From assembly GCA_043779265.1 (NCBI GenBank), contig JAYWEM010000137.1, forward strand, positions 1 through 35,820: 35,820 bases of DNA. The letters run 5' to 3'. Both the position numbers and the translations under genes were made by a program. The notes under the pieces were generated by a model that was given only the letters and a program-made list of their open reading frames with translations, had not been told where the DNA came from and searched no databases. Shown piece by piece: positions 16,605 to 25,308 of this stretch (its first letter is position 1; every line of letters starts with the position of its first letter). This DNA is from a bacterium. GTDB lineage: Bacteria; Eisenbacteria; RBG-16-71-46.

Positions 16605-18743
16605 ATGGCCTCCGCCAAGACTGCGGCCGGCAACTCCAAGAAGTTCGCCGGTCTGAGCCCCGAGGACCTGGTCGGTCTCTACCGCACCATGGTCACGTCC
16701 CGTCGCACCGACGACGAGGAGATCCGGCTCAAGAAGCTCAACCTCATCTTCTTCCAGATCTCCGGCGCCGGGCACGAAGCCGTGCTCTCGGCCGCGGGCC
16801 ATGCGTTCAAGCCCGGGCACGACTACTTCTATCCCTACTACCGAGACCGCGCCCTCTGCCTGCAGTTGGGGATGACGGTGGAGGAGATGCTCCTTTCGGC
16901 CGTGGGTTCCGCCGAGGATCCCAACTCGGGCGGTCGTCAGATGCCGAGCCATTGGGGTCATCGCGCGCTCAACATCGTGTCGCAGTCGAGCCCGACGGGA
17001 ACCCAGTTCCTCCAGGCGGTCGGAGCCGCCGAGGCGCTGGTCAAGTACCGAGACCTCGAAGCGGAGCACCCGTCGCTCAAGGGCAAGGTCAAGGGCGATG
17101 AGGTCGTGTACGTCTCGACCGGCGATGGCACGACGAGCCAGGGTGAGTTCTGGGAGGCGCTCAACACCGCCTGCAATCTCAAGCTGCCGGTCGTGTTCCT
17201 CGTCGAGGACAATGGCTACGCGATCTCCGTCCCGGTCAGCGTGCAGACGGCGGGCGGCAGCATCGCCAAGCTCATCTCGCACTTCCCCAACCTCTTCTCG
17301 CAGTCCGACATCGACGGCACCGATCCGGTCGCTTCGTATGCGGCGCTCCGAGATGCCGTGGCCTACTGCCGCGCCCGCAAGGGGCCGGCGCTGGTGCACG
17401 CCACGGTGACGCGGCCGTACTCGCACTCGATGTCCGATGACGAGAGCAAGTACAAGCCCGCGGAGTTGCGTGAGGCCGAGGCGAAGAAGGACTGCCTGAA
17501 CACGTTCGGGGACCTCCTCGTGAAGGAGGGCATCCTGACCAAGGCCTCGCGCGAGGCTCTGCACGAGGACATCGCCGCGATGATCCGGGCCGCTTCGGAG
17601 CGGGCGCAGCTCGCTCAGCAGCCGCCGGTGCACACGGCGACGGCGTTCGTGTTCTCGCCCGATATCGATCCGACTTCCGATCGATTCGTCTCGCAGCCGC
17701 GTCCCGAGCACCCCGAGCAGGCCGAGACGATCCTGCAGAGCATCAACTACACGCTGCGCGATGAGATGAAGCGAGATTCGCGCATCGTGATGTTCGGCGA
17801 GGACGTCGCCGACACCTCGGACGAGGACCTGCTCGAGGATCTCAAGGGCAAGGGCGGCGTGTTCGGCGTGACGTCAGGACTCCAGAAGCAGTTCGGCGGC
17901 AAGCGCGTGTACAACTCGCCGCTCGCCGAGGCTAACATCGTCGGCCGCGCCATCGGCATGGCGACGCTCGGATTCCGTCCCGTCGTCGAGATCCAGTTCT
18001 TCGACTACATCTGGCCGGCGATGATGCAGATCCGCAACGAGCTGGGCTACATGCGCTACCGCTCGAACAACGTGTGGAGCTGCCCGGTCATCATCCGCAC
18101 GGCCTACGGCGGCTACCTGGGCGGCGGCGCTCCCTACCACAGCCAGTGCGGCGAGAGCATCTTCGCGCACTGCCCGGGACTGCGCGTCGTGCTCCCGAGT
18201 TGCGCCAGCGATGCGGTGGGACTCCTGCGTACCGCGATGCGAAGCGAGGACCCGGTGCTCTTCCTCGAGCACAAGCATCTCTACCGCCAGCCCTACGCCA
18301 AGGAGCCCTACCCGGGGCCCGACTACACGGTGCCGTTCGGTCGAGCCCGCTTGGTGCGCGAGGGCAGCGACGTCACGATCGTGACCTATGGCGCACTCGT
18401 CCAGCGCAGCAACCTCGCGGCCCAGCAGTTGGCCGCCGAGGAGGGGATCGAGGCGGAGGTGCTCGACCTGCGGACCATGCAACCGCTCGACTTCGAGAGC
18501 ATCGCCAAGTCGGTCCGCAAGACCGGCCGCGTCATCGTGGCGCACGAGGACACGCTGTTCTGCGGATTCGGTGCGGAGGTCGCAGCGAAGGTCGCCAGCG
18601 AGTGCTTCATGGATCTCGATGCCCCGATCCGCCGGATCGGCGCGCTCGACACTCCGGTCGCCTACGCGCCCAAGCTCGAGGAAGTGATCCTGCCGCAGAA
18701 GGACACGATCGTTCAGGCGATCCGCGACATCGTCGCCTTCTAG
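16605..18743 (+). CDS. Fused E1 alpha/beta subunit of a 2-oxoacid (branched-chain / 2-oxoisovalerate-type) dehydrogenase
   Basis: [32 protein letters not shown] motif [15 protein letters not shown]...[16 protein letters not shown]. Beta half: [43 protein letters not shown]. Confidence 0.95.
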   Translation: MASAKTAAGNSKKFAGLSPEDLVGLYRTMVTSRRTDDEEIRLKKLNLIFFQISGAGHEAVLSAAGHAFKPGHDYFYPYYRDRALCLQLGMTVEEMLLSAVGSAEDPNSGGRQMPSHWGHRALNIVSQSSPTGTQFLQAVGAAEALVKYRDLEAEHPSLKGKVKGDEVVYVSTGDGTTSQGEFWEALNTACNLKLPVVFLVEDNGYAISVPVSVQTAGGSIAKLISHFPNLFSQSDIDGTDPVASYAALRDAVAYCRARKGPALVHATVTRPYSHSMSDDESKYKPAELREAEAKKDCLNTFGDLLVKEGILTKASREALHEDIAAMIRAASERAQLAQQPPVHTATAFVFSPDIDPTSDRFVSQPRPEHPEQAETILQSINYTLRDEMKRDSRIVMFGEDVADTSDEDLLEDLKGKGGVFGVTSGLQKQFGGKRVYNSPLAEANIVGRAIGMATLGFRPVVEIQFFDYIWPAMMQIRNELGYMRYRSNNVWSCPVIIRTAYGGYLGGGAPYHSQCGESIFAHCPGLRVVLPSCASDAVGLLRTAMRSEDPVLFLEHKHLYRQPYAKEPYPGPDYTVPFGRARLVREGSDVTIVTYGALVQRSNLAAQQLAAEEGIEAEVLDLRTMQPLDFESIAKSVRKTGRVIVAHEDTLFCGFGAEVAAKVASECFMDLDAPIRRIGALDTPVAYAPKLEEVILPQKDTIVQAIRDIVAF

Positions 18744-21145
18744 CGAGGTCGCAGCGTCACGCGCTCCGTGGCTGCCTGTTCGACGAGTCGCCAGTCGAAC
18801 AGCAGCCCCGCATGCGCATGATCCGCCCACCGCCTTCGCATGCGGTCGCGCTCGCGAGCACTGCCGTTCGCGCGATTGAACGGCGGCACCACCACCCACG
18901 AGGACTCGCGCACGCCGAGGTCCGTGACGTGGCGGAAGGCGGGGCCGTTGGTGACCTCGATGCTGCGGGGCAGACGTGAGCTGCCGACGCTCGGCGTGCT
19001 GCCGTCGCCATCGTGAGCGGTCGTGGGCGGACCCCAGCGCTCGTCGCCATCCAGCTTCGAGAGCGCATGGCGGAAGCGGGCGCGATGCGCCCGACCCCAA
19101 CTCCACGTGGCCATGTCGGGGCCGAGCAGGCGTTCGAGGGAGTCGAGCGAGGCTTCGAGCGAGGCGACTGCCGCTTCGGCCGGACGTTGGACGCCATCGC
19201 CCTCCTGGAGCGTGAAAACGGAGTCGGCGCGGCCCTCGAGACCCGCCAAGGCGAGGCCGGGGTAGCCCCCGAGCCGAGGGCGCGTGAGCAGGGCGCCCCA
19301 CCAAGCCCTCGAGATCGTCGCTGCAACGCGCGGTCGGCGCACGACGTGGTCCCAGCCTTCGAGTAGGTCGATGGCGGCGCGCGCGCGGGGCGAGAGCGAT
19401 GCCGAGAGGGACTCGGCGGCGGCGAGGAGTGCCGGAGTCTGCCGCGCGGCGGCGCGAGAGTAGGCGTCCGCCTGGATGCTGATCAGGTCCGCCGGTGTGA
19501 TGCTGCGGTCGCCCGCCAGCCGTTGATGGATGCGAAGCGCTCGGTCCTGAGCGAAGTCATAACCCCACAGCGCGTAGGGGTAGCGCGCATCCATCGGGCG
19601 ATTGTTGGCATTGACCACGAAGCCGTCGCGAGCCGCGCGTGTGCCGGGCATGGAATCCGTGGGGATGTAGGCCCAGGGCCGTACGGAAGCGCCCGACCTG
19701 ACCCCGAGTTGCTCGCGGCCCCAGCGCTTGGGAACGAGGCCGCACGCCTGATAGCGCACGTCGCCCGTGGTGTCGGCGGCGACCACGTTGATGGTGGGCG
19801 TGACGAGCGATCGGAATCGCTCGGCGATCTCGCCGGCCGACTTCGAGACCTCGAGCCCGACGAGCGACCTCAGCGTGATGCGCGAGTCCTCGAACGCGCT
19901 CCACTGAAGGCTCAATGCGAGGCGCTGCTTCGGCTCCCAGACGAGCACCGGGCCATTGGCCGTGAAACGCCTCGCGCGCACGAAGGACGGAATCGGGATC
20001 GACACGCCGAGCACTCGGAACGACATGTCGAAGGCGCGCGTCTCGACCGGCGTCCATCCGGCAGCGGTCAGAGCGCGCTTGCCATCGGCGGATAGCGAGT
20101 CGGCGCTGATGTCGATGACATCTGCGCCGAGTGCGGTGACACCCCACGCACACGAAGCACTCCGGCCGCTGACGATCGCCGGCAGCCCGGGCACGGCGCC
20201 GCCCGCGGCGTCGAGCTGCCCGGGTATCCGCAGATGGATCACGTGGAACCAGCCCGGCGAGAGCAGTGCGAGATGCGGGTCGTTGGCGAGCACGGGTCTG
20301 CCGCTGGCGCTGCGAGCGGGGCCGACCGCGAACTCGTTGCTCGCGCGATCCGAGCCATCCGCCTCGCGTGCGGGCCACGCGGCCAGTGCTCGCTCCGCCT
20401 CGTCGAGCAGCCGCGCGGGCAGCGAGAGCGAGGTTCGCGCCGTCAGAGCGTGCGCGCTGGGTGCCGCAGCCGCCTGCTCGGGCCGCACGCTGTCGTACAT
20501 CCAATCCTCCTCGAAGCGCCGCCTCGCCTCGAGACGCGTGATGCCCTCGCGCTCGATCGCTCGTTGCTCGGCGATCTCATCGAAGGCCAGATCGAGCGTC
20601 AGGCCGAGACCGAGGAACAGCAGCACCGTGTCCTCGGGACGCCAGTCGCGCGGACGCTCCCGAAGCCGCGCGAGTTCGGGCGGCCACGGCTGCGCACCGG
20701 AGCGGCACTCCTCGAGATGGGCGTTGATCCCGGCGCAGTAGGACTCGAGTGCCTCTCGAAGCGGCGCGTCGGCGCGATCGCGCTCCCAGATGGCGCGCGA
20801 TCGTTCGGCGAGGCGGAACAACTGCGCGCCGCCATCGGCCTGCAGCGCATCGTTGCCGAACCAGCGGTGGGTCCGGCCCTCGCCTTGCGCTCGTGCCAGC
20901 ACCAACTGCCAGAGCCGCTCGCGCGCCGTGACGTAACCCCATGCGCGATAGAGGTCGGAGCGGTTCTTGGCTTCGATGTGCGTGAAGCCGTGCGCGTCGG
21001 TGAGCAGCGTCACGCGTTCGGTGAGACCCGCGATCGCGACCTCGCCTTCAGCCGCCGCGAGTGGGGGCTGGCTCGGCGTGCAGCCGAGCAAGGCGGCGAG
21101 CGAGAGCAGCACGAGGCCCGTGGGCCAACGGCGAGAGGAGCGCAT
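18740..21145 (-). CDS. Penicillin acylase family (peptidase S45) Ntn-hydrolase, possibly a lipoprotein
   Basis: [11 protein letters not shown]...[12 protein letters not shown], beta-chain nucleophile [35 protein letters not shown] lipobox-like motif. Start uncertain. Confidence 0.9.
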   Translation of the reverse strand: MRSSRRWPTGLVLLSLAALLGCTPSQPPLAAAEGEVAIAGLTERVTLLTDAHGFTHIEAKNRSDLYRAWGYVTARERLWQLVLARAQGEGRTHRWFGNDALQADGGAQLFRLAERSRAIWERDRADAPLREALESYCAGINAHLEECRSGAQPWPPELARLRERPRDWRPEDTVLLFLGLGLTLDLAFDEIAEQRAIEREGITRLEARRRFEEDWMYDSVRPEQAAAAPSAHALTARTSLSLPARLLDEAERALAAWPAREADGSDRASNEFAVGPARSASGRPVLANDPHLALLSPGWFHVIHLRIPGQLDAAGGAVPGLPAIVSGRSASCAWGVTALGADVIDISADSLSADGKRALTAAGWTPVETRAFDMSFRVLGVSIPIPSFVRARRFTANGPVLVWEPKQRLALSLQWSAFEDSRITLRSLVGLEVSKSAGEIAERFRSLVTPTINVVAADTTGDVRYQACGLVPKRWGREQLGVRSGASVRPWAYIPTDSMPGTRAARDGFVVNANNRPMDARYPYALWGYDFAQDRALRIHQRLAGDRSITPADLISIQADAYSRAAARQTPALLAAAESLSASLSPRARAAIDLLEGWDHVVRRPRVAATISRAWWGALLTRPRLGGYPGLALAGLEGRADSVFTLQEGDGVQRPAEAAVASLEASLDSLERLLGPDMATWSWGRAHRARFRHALSKLDGDERWGPPTTAHDGDGSTPSVGSSRLPRSIEVTNGPAFRHVTDLGVRESSWVVVPPFNRANGSARERDRMRRRWADHAHAGLLFDWRLVEQAATERVTLRPR

Positions 21146-21201
21146 GGGACCGCATGCTGCCACTCGCCCGCTCACCGCCACAAGCGCTAGTGTGTTGGGC
21201 C

Positions 21202-22113
21202 ATGGCCGAGTCCATCGTGCTCGCATTCGATCTGGGCGGCACCGACCTCAAGGCGGGCCGCGTCACGCGCACGGGTGAGGTGCGCGGTTTCCGTCGCGCG
21301 CCGTCTCGAGCGGGCGAGGGTCCCGACGCGCTGATGCAGACGGTGCGCGAGATGTGCGACGCCCTCGGAGGGCCCGCGGGACCCGCGATCGCGGGCTTCG
21401 GCTCTCCCGGATCGATCGAACCCCGGACCGGCACGCTGCTCGGCACAACGCCGCATCTGGCGCTTCCGGCGGACTACCCACTGGCCGGGCGGCTCGCCGA
21501 GACACTCGGCATGCGCGTCATCGTCGACAACGACGCGCACTGCGCCGCGATCGGGGAGCACGCGCTGGGTGCAGCCCGCGGCTCGCGTGTGTCGATCACC
21601 GTGACCGTCGGGACCGGCGTCGGCTGCGGCATCGTGATCGACGGTCGCGTGTTCCACGGCGCCCACGGCGCGGCCGGCGAGATCGGCCACCTACCGCTGG
21701 GCGGCAGCGGTCCGACCTGCCGCTGTGGGGTGCCCGGCTGCCTCGAACCCTGGTCGGGAGGAGCGGGGCTCGCTGCTCGGGCACGGGACGCGGGGATCGA
21801 GGCGGCCGACGCGAGGGCCGTGTTCGAATCGCACCACCCGCAAGCGCACGGGCTTCGCACGCGCGCCATCGAGGCTCTCGCCCGACAGCTGGCGGCGGCG
21901 GCGGCCGTTCTCGATCCCGAGGTCATCGTGATCGGCGGAGGTGTCGCCCGAGCAGGCGACGCATTGCTCTCACCACTTCGTCAGGCGTTCGATGCCCACG
22001 TGCCGGATGCGCTTCGAACGCGCGTGCGAATCGTGCAGGCGGAGCTCGGGGAGCAGTCCGGTGTCACGGGCGCCGGGCTCATGGCGTGGGAGGCGCTGAA
22101 GGCGCCGAGGTGA
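21202..22113 (+). CDS. ROK family sugar kinase (glucokinase-like)
   Basis: FDLGGT, GSPG, DNDAHCAAIGE, GTGVGCG, AGEIGH, Zn motif CRCGVPGCLE, IGGGV. Confidence 0.93.
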   Translation: MAESIVLAFDLGGTDLKAGRVTRTGEVRGFRRAPSRAGEGPDALMQTVREMCDALGGPAGPAIAGFGSPGSIEPRTGTLLGTTPHLALPADYPLAGRLAETLGMRVIVDNDAHCAAIGEHALGAARGSRVSITVTVGTGVGCGIVIDGRVFHGAHGAAGEIGHLPLGGSGPTCRCGVPGCLEPWSGGAGLAARARDAGIEAADARAVFESHHPQAHGLRTRAIEALARQLAAAAAVLDPEVIVIGGGVARAGDALLSPLRQAFDAHVPDALRTRVRIVQAELGEQSGVTGAGLMAWEALKAPR

Positions 22114-22116
22114 CGA

Positions 22117-23463
22117 TCAGCCCGCGATCGAGACGAGTTCGGGCGCCCCGACCGCGGCGAGCGACTGGCCGAACAACGTCACCGGTGTCGATCCGATGAT
22201 GCGCACATCGCGCAGCGTGCCGGGCGCCGAGCCATCGTCGGCGAAGACCACGGTCTTGAACTGGGGCGTCTTGCCGTAGAGCTGCGGCTCGCGGGTCACG
22301 CCGCCCTTGCGCGAGGGGCCCTCGACCAGCACTTGCACCGTGCGGCCCAAGTACGCGTCGTTCACCTCACCCGAGATCTCGTGCTGCATCTCGATCAGGC
22401 GAGTGAGCCGACGGCCCTTGTCCGCTTCGCTCACGGTCTCCGGCCAGGAGAAGGCCTTGGTGTCCGGCCTCGCGGAGTACTTGAAGAGGAAGGCGCTCTC
22501 GAATCGGAGTTCCTGCATCATCTCGACCGTCTGCTCGTACTCGGACTCGGTCTCGCCCGGGAAGCCCACGATGATGTCGGTGGTGAGCGAGGCCCCCGGC
22601 ATCGCAGCCCGCACATCGGCGACCACCTGACGGAACGCCGTGGTCGTGTAGGTGCGATTCATCGCGGCGAGCACGCGGTCGGAGCCGGACTGGAGCGGTA
22701 GGTGGACGTGCGGCATCACCTTGGCGCATGAGGCCATGGCGTCGATGACGCGCGCGCTCATGTCGCTCGGGTGGGGCGACGTGTAGCGGATGCGGAGCAC
22801 GCCGTCGACCTCGTCGGTCGCGCGCAGCAGGTCGGCGAAGTCGTGAGTGCCATCGTGGTAGGAGTTGACCGTCTGCCCAAGGAAGATGATCTCGCGGAAG
22901 CCCTTTTGTGCCGCGCTCTCGACCTGGCGCACGAGATCGGCCAGCGGCAGGCTGCGCTCACGGCCGCGCGTGTAAGGCACGACGCAGTAGGTGCAGAACT
23001 TGTCGCACCCGCGCTGCACGGTGACCCAGGCGCGCACACCCGCCTCGCGCTTGGGTTCGAGGTCGCCGTAGGTCTCGTCGCGGTCGAGGCGGATCTGGGC
23101 CACCGGTTCGCCCGCGGCCTGCCGCAGCAACTCGGGCAGGTTGCGGTAGCCATCGGGGCCGACGACCAAATCGAGCATGCGCTTGCCATCGAACATCTTC
23201 TTGCGCAGGTGCTGGGCCATGCAGCCGGCGACGCCGATGACGACCGACGGATTGCGCTGCTTGTGCTTGGCGAACTCGCCGATCCGGCCGATCACGCGCT
23301 GCTCGGCGTGCTCACGGATCGCGCACGTGTTCAGGATCAGAGCGTCGGCGTCCTCGGGCCGGTCCACGAGCGTCATCCCGGCACGCTCGAGCACGCCGGC
23401 CATGACTTCGGAGTCGGCCACATTCATCTGACAGCCATAGGTCTCGAGGAAGACGGTGCGCAT
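22117..23463 (-). CDS. miaB: tRNA-2-methylthio-N6-dimethylallyladenosine synthase
   Basis: TYGCQMNVADSE, LNTCAIREHAE, GCMAQ, radical SAM GCDKFCTYCVVPYTRGRERS, TDIIVGFPGET, C-terminal TRAM domain. Confidence 0.97.
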   Translation of the reverse strand: MRTVFLETYGCQMNVADSEVMAGVLERAGMTLVDRPEDADALILNTCAIREHAEQRVIGRIGEFAKHKQRNPSVVIGVAGCMAQHLRKKMFDGKRMLDLVVGPDGYRNLPELLRQAAGEPVAQIRLDRDETYGDLEPKREAGVRAWVTVQRGCDKFCTYCVVPYTRGRERSLPLADLVRQVESAAQKGFREIIFLGQTVNSYHDGTHDFADLLRATDEVDGVLRIRYTSPHPSDMSARVIDAMASCAKVMPHVHLPLQSGSDRVLAAMNRTYTTTAFRQVVADVRAAMPGASLTTDIIVGFPGETESEYEQTVEMMQELRFESAFLFKYSARPDTKAFSWPETVSEADKGRRLTRLIEMQHEISGEVNDAYLGRTVQVLVEGPSRKGGVTREPQLYGKTPQFKTVVFADDGSAPGTLRDVRIIGSTPVTLFGQSLAAVGAPELVSIAG

Positions 23464-23511
23464 CGCGGGGGAGAACGGTAGCAGACGGGTCGCCGAAGGG
23501 GCGAATGCCGC

Positions 23512-24789
23512 TCAGCGCTGCGGTGCGAACCGGATGGCCAGGACCTGGAGGTCGTCCACGGGGACCGGTCGGCCCGAGTAGGTCAATGCCTGCTCCAGGA
23601 CGGCGCGGGCGAGCCGGTCGAGTGGCTCGCGACGGAAGTCGGCTGCGGCCTCGATGATGCGCTCCTCGCCGAATGGCTGGTCCATGACGTTGCGGGCTTC
23701 GAGCAGGCCGTCGCTGACGACGAGCACGACGTCACCGGGCAGCATGCGGACCTGCTCCTCGTCCCATCGTCCCTGAGGCTCGGCGCCGATGGCGCGTCCT
23801 CCGCTCGCGAGCCGGCAGACGGGTGAGTCATCGCTCGGGATCCACAGCGGCGCGGGATAGCCGGCATTGCATGACGAGAGCTGCCCGCTGGGGGAGATGA
23901 GCGCCGTCCACAGCGCGACCGTCCGCGCACCCGACGTGCGGGCGTACAACGAGAAGTTGAGTTGCGCCACGAGGCCGCTCAGCGTCCGTTCAGGCGATGT
24001 ACCCGCGACGAAGGCGCCCTGGACGAAGGCGCTTGCGATGGCCGACTCGACGCCGTCCCCGGCGGCGTCCGTGACGAGCAGGGAGTGGACCGAGTTGCCG
24101 TGGATCACGCGGTCCGCCAGGTCGCCGGCGCGCTTCTCGCTCACGACCCTGGCGAATCCGAGCTCGTGATGCTGGAGCGGCGTGCGGCCCGAGGCGATGA
24201 GCGACCCGACCGGCGATGCATCGAGTTGGTGCATGCAGCGATCGGCGCGCTGCGCCCGCAGAGCCCGCTCGACCGCGGCGGTGATCGGCGGCAGCACGGC
24301 CTCGATCCCCTCGCGTTCGGCCTCACTGAAGGCGGAGGCGGGGCCCCGGCGGGCCAGATTGACGACGCCGATCGTGCCATCCCCGGTGTCGAGCGGCACA
24401 CACAGCGATGAGTCGATGCCGCCCTCGGCGGTGCCGTGCAACGCATCGGTGCGGATCTCGCCCTCCAGCACCAGTCCCTGCCGTTGGCGGAACACCCACT
24501 CGGCGATGCTGTTGGGTCTCCACTCCGCATCCCGCCCGATCAGCTCGGGGCGGATGCCGAGCCCGGCCACGATCCTCAGTCGGCCGGTGTCGGGATTCAC
24601 GATCATCATCGAGGCGCGATGCGAGCGCGTCGCTTCGACCAACGGGGCGAGCAGGCGCGCGCCGATGTCGCGCAGGTCGAGCGTTGGGACCACCTGCATG
24701 CACTCATGCAGGACATCGGCGGCAAGTGCCGGCGAAGGCATGCGCGTCAGGGGCAGACTCGTCGTCGAGAGCGCTTCGGAGTCGGACAT
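23512..24789 (-). CDS. GAF-domain SpoIIE/RsbU-like PP2C phosphatase
   Basis: GAF (ASMMIV...LRIVAGLG...SSLCVPL...IGVVNL...FSEAE). PP2C motifs AGD, TDAAGDG, CNAG, VSDGLLEA, FGEER, DDL. Start overlaps the receiver gene stop. Confidence 0.88.
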   Translation of the reverse strand: MSDSEALSTTSLPLTRMPSPALAADVLHECMQVVPTLDLRDIGARLLAPLVEATRSHRASMMIVNPDTGRLRIVAGLGIRPELIGRDAEWRPNSIAEWVFRQRQGLVLEGEIRTDALHGTAEGGIDSSLCVPLDTGDGTIGVVNLARRGPASAFSEAEREGIEAVLPPITAAVERALRAQRADRCMHQLDASPVGSLIASGRTPLQHHELGFARVVSEKRAGDLADRVIHGNSVHSLLVTDAAGDGVESAIASAFVQGAFVAGTSPERTLSGLVAQLNFSLYARTSGARTVALWTALISPSGQLSSCNAGYPAPLWIPSDDSPVCRLASGGRAIGAEPQGRWDEEQVRMLPGDVVLVVSDGLLEARNVMDQPFGEERIIEAAADFRREPLDRLARAVLEQALTYSGRPVPVDDLQVLAIRFAPQR

Positions 24790-25172
24790 CACGCGGCACT
24801 CGAGAGATGACGGTGGTGCAGAGCGGCAAGGAGATCCTCCGGAGCGAACGGCTTGGCGAGCACGTCGTCCGCGTGATGCCCGGTGAGCAAGCCGGGGTCC
24901 CCTGACATCAGCAGCAGCCGAGCGGAGGGGTGAGAGTGGCGGAGGGCGCGGATCAGCGTCGATGAGCCCGGGCCGGGCATGCGGACATCGAGCAGGATCG
25001 CGGCGGCATCGGGATGGGCCGATGCGAGGCGCAAGAGGTGGTGGCCGTCTCGGGTCGTGCGCACGCGCCAGCCGGCTTCGGCGGCGATCTGCGCCAGCAC
25101 TTCGAGCACGAACGGTTCATCGTCGGCGACGAGCAACAGCGGACAACCCGGCGCATTCTGCGCTTCCGGCAT
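24789..25172 (-). CDS. Single-domain response regulator (receiver only)
   Basis: LVADDEP, LLDVRMP, LMSG, LAKPF. SD GAGGAGG before ATG 25172. Confidence 0.85.
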   Translation of the reverse strand: MPEAQNAPGCPLLLVADDEPFVLEVLAQIAAEAGWRVRTTRDGHHLLRLASAHPDAAAILLDVRMPGPGSSTLIRALRHSHPSARLLLMSGDPGLLTGHHADDVLAKPFAPEDLLAALHHRHLSSAA

Positions 25173-25308
25173 GACGAGGCCTCCTCGGCACTGAGGTCGG
25201 TCAGACGGAGGGGCCGTCGTCGAGGGGGTCATCGGCCACGAACGCGCACTTTGTTAGTGCTTTCCTTGGGACCGGGTGGGAGTCTGGGTCCGGTCGCCGG
25301 AGGGTTCC

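Noticed and set aside
14760..17711. 983-aa ORF on the minus strand
   Set aside because: Antisense shadow of ggt and the E1 gene. Long stop-free antisense frames are expected with strong GC3 bias, and it has no recognisable motifs.
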